Shown here in pieces: positions 1 through 13,324 of a DNA stretch of 64,000 nt. Both the position numbers and the translations under genes were made by a program. The DNA is taken from the NCBI RefSeq assembly GCF_009914755.1, contig NC_060925.1; one strand, 5' to 3'. The notes beneath the pieces were generated by a model. The model was not told the origin of the DNA, searched no databases, and saw nothing but the letters and a program-made list of their open reading frames with translations. Positions within the stretch are counted from its first letter, which is position 1, and the number at the start of each line of letters is the position of its first letter. Origin of the DNA: the human T2T-CHM13v2.0 reference genome, Homo sapiens.

Positions 1-181
1 AAGCAGTACTTATTACTGACCTCTCCCTGGGCATATGAGACCAACAGATGGACCTTTCTTCTCATGCTGATTGAATATCAATGGGCAGGAGAAGCCAAGA
101 CCACCAACCATGCCTCTCAATATTCTCTAGTAACTCTAGTGCTTCTTCATGTAGCCTGGCTTGACTCTTGCTATCTTACAG

Positions 182-374
182 GGGCCCTGCTCACCCAGCC
201 CCCCACACTAGGCTGTTCCATGCAAATGAGGAGGAGGAGCCAGAGAAGAAGGAGGTATCGGAGCTGCGCTCTGAGCTATGGGAGAAGGAAATGAAGCTTA
301 CAGACATCCGCTTGGAGGCCCTCAACTCTGCCCACCAACTGGATCAGCTTCGGGAGACCATGCACAACATGCAG
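182..374 (+). CDS. NAV1: NAV1 coding exon (GPAHPAPHTRLF...RETMHNMQ), coiled-coil region
   Basis: cttacag acceptor at 180-181, GTCAGT donor at 375; peptide recognised as NAV1; frame continuous with the next exon. Confidence 0.95.
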
Positions 375-466
375 GTCAGTGTCTGGGCGGACAGCTGCAG
401 GAAAGGGAAGACCAAGGCTTGCTGTCTGTCCAGTCTGCCACCCTACCCTGTCTGTTCTTGCCACAG
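375..466 (+). ncRNA. MIR1231: miR-1231 precursor; the whole 92-nt NAV1 intron (mirtron); mature ~379-398 GUGUCUGGGCGGACAGCUGC
   Basis: Short GT..AG intron; CTGGGCGGACAGC (383-395) pairs with GCTGTCTGTCCAG (421-433); matches hsa-mir-1231 as I recall it. Confidence 0.9.
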
Positions 467-635
467 TTGGAGGTGGACCTGCTGAAAGCAGAGAATGACC
501 GACTGAAGGTAGCCCCAGGCCCCTCATCAGGCTCCACTCCAGGGCAGGTCCCTGGATCATCTGCATTATCTTCCCCACGCCGCTCCCTAGGCCTGGCACT
601 CACCCATTCCTTCGGCCCCAGTCTTGCAGACACAG
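467..635 (+). CDS. NAV1: NAV1 coding exon (LEVDLLKAENDRLK...SLADT)
   Basis: ccacag acceptor, GTACCT donor, frame continuity. Confidence 0.95.
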
Positions 636-927
636 GTACCTGTGTGGGAGAAGAATCTATAAGGGTGAAGGGAAGAAAAGGGCTTATTTCACTGTTACAC
701 CATTCCACTTGCTTTGGTCAGGGCGGTAACAATGCCGAAGCCAAGCAGATGCCAGTGTCCTAAGACACTGAGTTGTAATGGTCCTTCAACCTTAACTACT
801 TTTGAGTTTGGGACCTCCATTCCTTCTCTGTGGCAAACAGAGTTATTTTGGAAAGGATAATGATGGGAAAGTTTAGGAAAGGCTGCGGGTACTCCTAAAA
901 CCAGTTGGTTCTTTTCAATCCCCACAG

Positions 928-1025
928 ACCTGTCACCCATGGATGGCATCAGTACTTGTGGTCCAAAGGAGGAAGTGACCCTCCGGGTGGTGGTGAGGAT
1001 GCCCCCGCAGCACATCATCAAAGGG
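928..1025 (+). CDS. NAV1: NAV1 coding exon (DLSPMDG...QHIIKG)
   Basis: cccacag acceptor, GTAAGG donor. Confidence 0.95.
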
Positions 1026-1205
1026 GTAAGGAACTTCAGGGAGAGCCACAGTGGGAATGAACAAATACTGTTACATTTATCCAAGAAAATCTGGACCCTG
1101 GGTACCTCCAAAACCAAAGAACTCAACTCCTAAGGCCTTTAGGACCCCGGTTCATGGAGTCATCTGCAGTGAAGCTCAAGAGCTTTTCCTTCCTTGGCCT
1201 TACAG

Positions 1206-1301
1206 GACTTGAAGCAGCAGGAATTCTTCCTGGGCTGTAGCAAGGTCAGTGGAAAAGTTGACTGGAAGATGCTGGATGAAGCTGTTTTCCAAGTGTTCAA
1301 G
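1206..1301 (+). CDS. NAV1: NAV1 coding exon (DLKQQEFF...VFQVFK)
   Basis: ttacag acceptor, GTAAAG donor, 96 nt. Confidence 0.95.
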
Positions 1302-1709
1302 GTAAAGGGATACCTGTACTCAAAAAGGTTGTTCATCCTCTCGTGGAATATATATACTTTTTTAGAGACAGGGTCTCACTCTTGCCACCCAGGCTGGAGG
1401 GCAGTGGCGTGATCACAGCTCACTGCAGCCTTGAACTCTTGGGCTTAAGTAATTCTCCTGTCGCAGCCTCCTGAGTAGCTGGGATTACAAGCATGTGCCA
1501 CCATGCATGGCTTCTCACAGGATATTAAACCGTCCAGGCACTGGGATCCTGGGGACCTTTGAGGCTTTATGGAGAAATGCTACCTAGGAAAAGCATATGC
1601 TCTGCACTTTCTCCATCTATTTCTGTTTCCTCTGATAGACATTCTTTGTTGTGGCTTTTACACCTGTGTTTGTATATTTTCTTCTTCTTCTGCCTGTCTT
1701 TTCTGTCAG

Positions 1710-1869
1710 GACTATATTTCTAAAATGGACCCAGCCTCTACCCTGGGACTAAGCACTGAGTCCATCCATGGCTACAGCATCAGCCACGTGAAACGAGTGT
1801 TGGATGCAGAGCCCCCCGAGATGCCTCCTTGCCGTCGAGGTGTCAATAACATATCAGTCTCCCTCAAAG
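1710..1869 (+). CDS. NAV1: NAV1 coding exon (DYISKMDP...SVSLK)
   Basis: long pyrimidine tract + cag acceptor, GTCAGT donor. Confidence 0.95.
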
Positions 1870-2286
1870 GTCAGTCTTTGTCTCTTGGGGTGAGGTGGTG
1901 TGGCATGAAGGCAGGGACAGGATCATCAAATAATCCATCATGCATTCATTCACCAAGAACTCACTGAGAAGGTATAATATGAAGATGCTTAAGTAATGTG
2001 AGATATAAAAAGATGAGTAAGACCCAGTCCTAACTTTGGCTCCCAGGGACACTTTTGCTAAGCCTTGGCTTCTTGCTTCACTCCTCACCCCCAGCTCACA
2101 GCATGTCCCTAAAAAGAAGATCTAAGTTTTCAAAACTAGGGGTTAAGGGACTCTTATGGAACCATGGGGCAAGTGGCTCTGAGTTTCTTCAGGGGGCTCC
2201 TAGATAAAGAAAGAAAAGCCCTTTAGGATCCCTTGCTATCCTCAAGACCCTGGTCAATACTCATGCTTTCTGGGGTGGGGGTTCAG

Positions 2287-2522
2287 GTCTGAAGGAGAAA
2301 TGCGTCGACAGCCTGGTGTTCGAGACGCTGATCCCCAAGCCGATGATGCAGCACTACATAAGCCTCCTGCTGAAGCACCGGCGCCTCGTCCTCTCGGGCC
2401 CCAGCGGCACGGGCAAGACCTACCTGACCAATCGCTTGGCCGAGTACCTGGTGGAGCGCTCTGGCCGTGAGGTCACAGAGGGCATCGTCAGCACCTTCAA
2501 CATGCACCAGCAGTCTTGCAAG
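2287..2522 (+). CDS. NAV1: NAV1 coding exon carrying the AAA+ Walker A motif GPSGTGKT (2397-2420)
   Basis: ttcag acceptor, GTGGCT donor; P-loop visible in translation. Confidence 0.95.
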
Positions 2523-2539
2523 GTGGCTGCCCCCCGACA

Positions 2540-2945
2540 CCCCTGCCAGCCTTTGTTCATGCCTCAGCCTTCCCTAAGACCCTTCCTCGGCCCCTTCCTG
2601 CCTCATTGTTCCCTTTTCCTCACCTCTGCCTTCATCTTTCTTCTCTTCTGTGTTCATTTCCTTCCCTCTCTATCTATCCCCTTTTCCAGTCTTCTCCTTT
2701 CCCTCCCCACGATTTCTTTCCAGCCTCTTGCCTTTAACTTGTTTCTCCACACTTTCCCTTGCCTTTATGGAGAAAGGCTTTCCTCTCCACACTTTTCCTT
2801 GCTTTGTGCACCTTCCTCCTCAGTTGGTCATTGATGAAACTGCATTCTCCTCATTTCTACCCCACTCTCTGCCAACCCTGTCAATCCCATCCCTTCTCTT
2901 TTGTTCTCTTCCTTCTACTTTTCTTTTCAGTATTACTCTCTGACC
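2540..2945 (+). repeat. CT-rich low-complexity polypyrimidine tract
   Basis: ~400 nt strongly dominated by C/T on the + strand. Confidence 0.85.
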
Positions 2946-3366
2946 TTGGGCTATCTGGGAAGAAGCACTCAGAATTAAATGGTACATATTACACCCTCCC
3001 CTGCCAAAACCTGATGATGTCTCTTGAGTACCCTAATACAATGGAGTTGGTTCAGATCTTTGCTCTTCCCAGCTCGGGGAGGCATGCCCATTAATAGTAG
3101 TCCATGGTACCAGTGAAAATCCATCTAGGAAATAGCATATGTTCCCCAACTTTGGGGAATTTAGGGGCTGCTGCTTAAGAGGGTTGCTTTAGAGCCTTTG
3201 CAACCACTGCTTATCACTCTGTGGTAATCTGCTGTAATCAAATTTGCAAGGAACTAAAGGCCCCAGGGGAATCTAGATCTAGTAAGACTTCTTCAAAATC
3301 CTGATTTCCAAGGCCGATCCAGCTGCTTATTCCCAAGTGCTGACCCACAGCCTTCTTTTATTCCAG

Positions 3367-3521
3367 GATCTGCAACTGTATCTTTCCAACCTAGCCAACC
3401 AGATAGACCGGGAAACAGGAATTGGGGATGTGCCCCTGGTGATTCTATTGGATGACCTGAGTGAAGCAGGCTCCATCAGTGAGTTGGTCAATGGGGCCCT
3501 CACCTGCAAGTATCATAAATG
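3367..3521 (+). CDS. NAV1: NAV1 coding exon with Walker B-like VILLDD (3439-3456)
   Basis: ttccag acceptor, GTAAGT donor. Confidence 0.95.
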
Positions 3522-3666
3522 GTAAGTAAGCTGGGATCAAGACAAAATTCATCGAAGTGGGAGGAGGGAGAACCCAGTCCAGGACAACCTATGAGTTGTG
3601 TGCATGTGGCAGAAAGCAAGTGTGAAGGCAAGTCTAAGTGAATCTTTTTCCCCTTTCTCCCTACAG

Positions 3667-3738
3667 TCCCTATATTATAGGTACCACCAATCAGCCTGTA
3701 AAAATGACACCCAACCATGGCTTGCACTTGAGCTTCAG
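3667..3738 (+). CDS. NAV1: NAV1 coding exon (CPYIIGTTNQPVKMTPNHGLHLSFR)
   Basis: ctacag acceptor, GTAAGA donor; not shown in frame on the ORF track, translated by hand. Confidence 0.93.
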
Positions 3739-4228
3739 GTAAGACCTCTAGCTCTGGATGAACCTTCTGACCCTACCCAAGAGTCTTCAATCCTGGACTC
3801 TGGCCAGGAGGCAGTAGATAGGAGAAGGAAAGAGAAGTATCCAGAGCTTTTTGGGCTGGAAATAGAAAGTAGATGTATTTGTCATGTCAGTTACAAGGTG
3901 GAGGAGGACACTTGAGGAGAGAAAAGGCCTGCTAAGCTAAGAGAGAGCCAGGTAGGTTGCTCTAAGCAGAATTAGGATTCTCTGCCCGCACACGCTGATC
4001 TGGGTCAGTGATGTCAGAAGGTTATCCGAAGAGGGCTACCAATTTGAGAATCAGCTCTACCACCCCAGGGCTGCTGCTCTGAGTTCCGATGTCCCCACTA
4101 TTACTTGAAAAGAAACCAAGTAGGCATTAGTGAGAAGCAGGCAGAAGGAGGGACAGACTGGCAGGGGCTGAACCCTGACAATGTCCCCATTGCCACTCTG
4201 ACCCCACTTTCCCCATCCTTGGTGGCAG

Positions 4229-4425
4229 GATGTTGACCTTCTCCAACAACGTGGAGCCAGCCAATGGCTTCCTGGTTCGTTACCTGAGGAGGAAGCTGGT
4301 AGAGTCAGACAGCGACATCAATGCCAACAAGGAAGAGCTGCTTCGGGTGCTCGACTGGGTACCCAAGCTGTGGTATCATCTCCACACCTTCCTTGAGAAG
4401 CACAGCACCTCAGACTTCCTCATCG
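4229..4425 (+). CDS. NAV1: NAV1 coding exon (MLTFSNNVEP...SDFLI)
   Basis: ggcag acceptor, GTACTG donor. Confidence 0.95.
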
Positions 4426-4903
4426 GTACTGGGGTCCAGCTTCCCCCGGGGGTCAGGAGGTGGCTTCCCTTTTCCACTGTACCACCTGGAGGGATGCTCC
4501 CTTCTCTTCCTGGAGTCTTCGGCATGTAAAGGAGCTGCAAGCCTTGTGGCTTCAGACTTAGAACCACTTAACGAGCCTTCCCAACACAGTTAGCACCACT
4601 TCAATCACCAGAAAGCTAACCCCTCTCCTTGTTTTTTTCCCACAATTAACAGAAAAAAGGAGGCACATATGTAGGAAGGAATTAAACAGCTTTCCTCACT
4701 CCCTTATCTCACTTCTACCTTGTGAAGCAGGACTTATGAGATTGCCATCTAGGCAGTCAGCACCCACTAGTCTTGACAACTCTAAATTTCCTTTAATCCT
4801 TTGACTGTCAGACCCCTCTGCCTGGTACTAAGGAGTAAAAGAGGCACACAACCGGGAAGATCTAGGTTCCCAGCCATCTTCATGGCCCCATCCTCTTCCC
4901 TAG

Positions 4904-5022
4904 GCCCTTGCTTCTTTCTGTCGTGTCCCATTGGCATTGAGGACTTCCGGACCTGGTTCATTGACCTGTGGAACAACTCTATCATTCCCTATCTACAGGA
5001 AGGAGCCAAGGATGGGATAAAG
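4904..5022 (+). CDS. NAV1: NAV1 coding exon (GPCFFLSC...KDGIK)
   Basis: ccctag acceptor, GTGAGC donor. Confidence 0.95.
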
Positions 5023-5539
5023 GTGAGCCCTACCCCCTTCACTCAAACCCTAAGATCAGGCTGTCCTACCTAACAAAGTAGGAATGTTTCTTTAATGTTA
5101 GGCATGGGACTACTAGGATTAGTTAGGTTCTCTTTCTAACAGGTGGAGCAAGGCACTGGGTAGACTAAGCTGCTTTCCTGCCTCCAGCTGCCATTCAGCA
5201 AATGGTACAATGACCACTGCCTCTGGGGCCATCTCTCCAGTCCTAGGCCTTCTGGCTCTAAGCCCAATTTAAACCACTCTCTAGGGGTCAGAGCAAACAG
5301 AAAAATAATTGAGCTAAGAAGTAAGTAAAACCCTAATTAAAACAAACAAACAAACAAACAAAACCTTAGCTACTTACTACTAATAAGTATGTTATATTAA
5401 CCAAGTTACTTGACCTTTTTAAATACCCTCATATGTAAAAAAAAAAAGGAGACATCACCTTCTGCTCTACCTAAATCACTGGAGTCTTTTGAAGACAAAA
5501 TGAAATATGTGAAAAGATTTTTAAAAGTTAGAATAAGGA

Positions 5540-6145
5540 GACCGGGCGTGGTGGGTCATGCCTGTAATCCCAGCACTGTGGGAGGCCGAGGCGGGCAGAT
5601 CACCAGGTCAGGAGATCAGGACCATCCTGGCTAACATGGTGAAATCCCCTTTCTACTAAAAATACAAAAAATTAGCCAGACGTGGTGGTGGGCGCCTGCA
5701 GTCCCAGCTACTTGGAAGGCTGAGGCAGGAGAATGGCGTGAACTCGGGAGGCAAGAGCTTGCAGTGAGCTGAGATCACGCCACTGTACTCCAGTCTGGGC
5801 AACAGAGCGAGACTCTGTCACAAAAACAAAAACAAACAAACAAACAAAAAAACTTAAAATAAGGCTGGGCCTGGTAGCTCTCGCCTGTAATCCCAGCATT
5901 TTAGAAGGCTGAGGCGAGAGGACTACTTGAGCCCAGGAGCTTGGGCAACATGGGAGACCCTGTCTATACAAAAAATAAAAAAAATCAGCCAGGCATGGTG
6001 GTGCACACCTGTAGTCCCAGCTACTCTGGAGGGTGAGGCCAGAAGATCACTTGAGGCCAGGATATACAGGCTACAGTGAGCCATGTTCTCACCACTACAC
6101 TCCAGCCTGGGCAACAGAGTGAGACCCTGTCTCAAAAAAAAAAAA
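5540..6145 (+). mobile_element. Two tandem sense Alus (AluS/Y-like ~5540-5850, AluJ-like ~5863-6145)
   Basis: Dimeric Alu consensus with A tails; flanking TTAAAAGTTAGAATAA at 5521 and 6155. Confidence 0.92.
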
Positions 6146-6509
6146 CAATTAAAATTAAAAGTTAGAATAAAAACTTAGTGCAAAAGGAACATGTCATTTT
6201 CTTAAAACCACCTCAGTTTTCTTACCTGTAAATTAGGGTATGATGATCACTAAAGTCCATTCCAGCACTAATAAACTGTGATGTAATGGCTAGACCCATG
6301 GGTCATATATTATCTGTAAAAGTAACTTGTTATTGAGATAGATATCTCCTGGTGATATAGTAAATTTCTAAAGGTGCTGTCAGACTGATGCCAGAAATCA
6401 TTATTTCATTTATAAATTATATTATTTTAAGGAAATGTTGCATTATTATTAGTAGCTTTTCAATTTAAAAGCATTTTCACACAGATAGTATTTGTTTTCA
6501 AGAAAGTAA

Positions 6510-6822
<313 letters not shown>

Positions 6823-6927
6823 GTTAAAAAAAAAAAATTAAGCATTATGACTAAAGCGGAAACATTTCCTACTTGAAAAATGAAATTGTAGGGTCATGAG
6901 GTTTGTGCATGTTAAGTTTTAATGAAA

Positions 6928-8290
<1,363 letters not shown>

Positions 8291-8440
8291 AATTAAATAT
8301 TTTTTAAAGTTTTAATACAATCTGCTAAATTATCCTCCAAAATTATTTTACAATTTATACCAACTTATTTCCTTGTTTGGAAACTCAGGAAAACTCCACA
8401 GAAATCAGAGCCTCGAGGATTTACATTTGAGGAAGTGCAC

Positions 8441-8756
<316 letters not shown>

Positions 8757-8854
8757 TAAGGAGCCTATTTTTTGTAGGAACTACCAAAAGACTGCATGAA
8801 CAAGCCTCTAATCTGTTAATTCCCCACAGTAATCATATTTCACCTTCTTTCCAG

Positions 8855-9052
8855 GTCCATGGACAGAAAGCTGCTTGGGAGGACCCAGTGGAATGGGTCC
8901 GGGACACACTTCCCTGGCCATCAGCCCAACAAGACCAATCAAAGCTGTACCACCTGCCCCCACCCACCGTGGGCCCTCACAGCATTGCCTCACCTCCCGA
9001 GGATAGGACAGTCAAAGACAGCACCCCAAGTTCTCTGGACTCAGATCCTCTG
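8855..9052 (+). CDS. NAV1: NAV1 penultimate coding exon (VHGQKAAWEDP...LDSDPL)
   Basis: ttccag acceptor, GTGAGT donor, 198 nt, phase 0-0. Confidence 0.95.
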
Positions 9053-9106
9053 GTGAGTAGAAGCCATTCTAGAGTAAAAATAAGACTATTATAGAACTGA
9101 ATTATT

Positions 9107-10590
<1,484 letters not shown>

Positions 10591-11221
10591 CCAATAATCA
10601 TAATACATTTTTATTAAAATTTTGACTTTGTTAAAAACAGATGCTATCTGTATAAAAATGCTTTTAAATTGGAAGCTTATTAATAATCACGTAGACAGAA
10701 GAGAATTGTGGAGAGCAGATTCAACAGAAAATGCACCAGGCTTACTTAGCTGAAATGGAAGTACCAATCTTGACGTGTCCAGAGAAAAAAGTAAGTAAAG
10801 AGAAGGAAGTGAGTACATAGAGGTATTTAGACTTGACATGAAGCAACACGGTTGGTAAGCTGGAGAGAAATAGGTTCATAATAATACAGTGTCTAGCTGC
10901 TGGTTTATACTCTATTGGAAGGGGAAATTGTTATTTTATAGCATTTCTCACATTCCTCCCAGTATTCGTTGGTATGTTCAGGCCTTCCCTCCTCTCCTGG
11001 AGTGCAAGCACCCTGCAGGCAGAAGTGGTCTCATTCTTTTTTGGTATTCCTCCATAAATGGTACCTTGTCCCTTGTATAGCAGGCATACTCCCAAGTAAT
11101 TGTTGTACATACACGTGTGTCACAGTTATCATTGAAGAAATCCTCATTGCCTTTTCACAAACCACTCTAAACTCTGAGCTCTTCATCACTGAGAAACCAA
11201 GGATCAGACCCATGATCTAGA

Positions 11222-11525
11222 TTTTTTTTTTTTTTTTTTTTGGAGACAGAGTCTTGCTCTTTCATCCAGGCTGGAATGCAGTGATGATATCAAAGCTCAC
11301 TGCTGCCTCAAACTCCTAGGCTCATAGGCTCGAGTCATCCTCCCACTTGGGCTTTGGCATCCTGAGTAGCTGGGACTGTAGTTGTGTGCCACCACGCCTG
11401 GCCAGTTTTTTATTGTTTTATTTTTATTTTTTGGTAGAGTCAGAGTCTCTCTTTGTTTTCAAAGCTGATTGCAAACTCCTGGCTTCAAGCTATCCTTCCA
11501 CCTTGGCCTCCCAAAGTGTTGGGAT
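11222..11525 (-). mobile_element. Antisense AluJ-like
   Basis: T-run + GAGACAGAGTCTTGCTC. Confidence 0.9.
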
Positions 11526-11604
11526 TTTGTTGTTGTTGTTTCCCTTCTGTGGGCAGGACCCAGAGTCCCAACTCTCATAAATCCATCTTTTTGCCCCCCT
11601 TTAG

Positions 11605-11700
11605 ATGGCCATGCTGCTGAAACTTCAAGAAGCTGCCAACTACATTGAGTCTCCAGATCGAGAAACCATCCTGGACCCCAACCTTCAGGCAACACTTTAA
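11605..11700 (+). CDS. NAV1: NAV1 last coding exon (MAMLLKLQEAANYIESPDRETILDPNLQATL*)
   Basis: ctttag acceptor; TAA at 11698-11700; summed exon lengths close the frame. Confidence 0.95.
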   Translation: MAMLLKLQEAANYIESPDRETILDPNLQATL

Positions 11701-12502
11701 GGGTTCGGCAATCACTGTCACCCCCGGACAGCAGAACGCTGGCATCAGCTATCTTAGCTCCTCCTCTCCCCTCTCCTCTTTCAGAGCACTGGCTCTCCAG
11801 CCCCAGGAGGAGAACAGGAGGGAGGAGGAGATGAAAGAGGAGGGACAGGTTCTTGGTGCTGTACCTTTGAGAACTTCCTAGGAAGGAATGGTGGGGTGGC
11901 GTTTGGGAACTTGTGCCCCCTAAACACATTTACTGGCCTCCTCTAATGACTTTGGGGAAAAGATGATTCTGGGTCTTTCCCTTGACTTCTTGTTTCAATT
12001 ACAAACTCCTGGGCTTTCTGGGGAGGGGTTCAGAAAACATCAAAACACTGCAGCAGTTCCTAAATGATTCTCACAAGCAACCCTGAGAGAGACAGTCTTG
12101 TGAGGGAGATCTGGGGGAGGCAGGAAGCTCCTCAGATTTTCTCACAGACCCTTCCCAATTCCATCACCACTGCCAACAACTCCTCCCCCAGAGATCTGGC
12201 TGGAGCCCAGAAAAAGAAGCATGTGGTTTAAAAAATGTTTAAATCAATCTGTAAAAGGTAAAAATGAAAAACAAAAACAAGCAAACAAACAAAAAACAAT
12301 GGAAAAGATGAAGCTGGAGAGAGAGGAACCAGTTGCCAAGGTAGAGAGCTGCCCGCTCCTGCCCTCTGGATGACATAGGGGACATCAACAAGACGGCTGC
12401 CAACCTGAGAAGTCACCAAACCACAAAAATAACCTTACAGCCTTCAGGGAAAGACTACCAGCTCTGTCTTTCTACCCTCTAATTTAACAATGCATAAGAG
12501 TC

Positions 12503-12508
12503 AATAAA
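12503..12508 (+). terminator. Proximal poly(A) signal AATAAA
   Basis: Canonical hexamer followed by a ~100-nt U-rich tract (12515-12610). Confidence 0.65.
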
Positions 12509-13273
12509 CCCTACTTTTTTATTTTTGGTTTTTATTTTGTTTTCATTTTTTTCTCCCATTTGCCTATTTATTTTTTTGTTTCCCTTTTTTTTTTTCTTTT
12601 TCCGTTTTTCCATTTCCTCACATGTCCACGAGATGCTTGGGTTGCTTTTCCAGGGGCTAGTTTGGCTTTTCCAAGTGGGTTTTCTTTGGAGAATCTGATG
12701 CCATGCAATTGGCATGACACCTGCCATGCCACTATCTTTGGCATCCATGGGGCTTATATGAGACATGAAGCATTGGCTCAGAAGTAGAGGGAGAAGAGGA
12801 ACCCAGTTCCCTTGACTTCCCTTTTGAGAGCACACGTTCTGCTGGGTAGCTCAATTGCCAGCCTCTGTCATGAGAAGGTGTAGCCCCATCTTGATAGAAG
12901 AGTTACTCCGGGCTTTATCATGGACCAGAGGAAAACCAGAAAACTGAAAACATTCCTCTGTCTTGTGGCCAGTTTGGCCTTTCACTGCACTATTCTGATG
13001 GTGCCTGACTGAATCCAAATATCCTAGCTGGCTCTTACTATTTTTCACAAATGAGTATTCACATATAAGAGATGAACATCCATGTGAGATCATCCCAATC
13101 AGAATATAAGACTCAAGGAGTTTGACTTGGTGGCCAATACCTGCCTTCCAAAGAGATCCTACCTTTGCAGATTTGCTCCTTTCCCATTGCCTTGAAGGTC
13201 TGGCAATCCCTGTTCTTTCATTTGACAAGTACTTACTGAGTACTCACTATATACAAATCATTAGGTTAAAACA

Positions 13274-13274
<1 letters not shown>

Positions 13275-13322
<48 letters not shown>
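13275..13322 (+). repeat. (AC)24 microsatellite
   Basis: Directly visible. Confidence 0.98.

Positions 13323-13324
<2 letters not shown>

Noticed and set aside
276-1126. Minus-strand ORFs opposite NAV1 exons (and 62364-62612 opposite IPO9 exon 18)
   Set aside because: Antisense shadows of coding exons with no independent signals
11698-11757. Stop-codon readthrough of NAV1
   Set aside because: TAA-G context is not leaky, and the frame closes at a TAG ~19 codons later
12261-12549. A-rich/U-rich pairing that would loop out the proximal poly(A) signal
   Set aside because: The complementarity is low-complexity A/U and easily arises by chance
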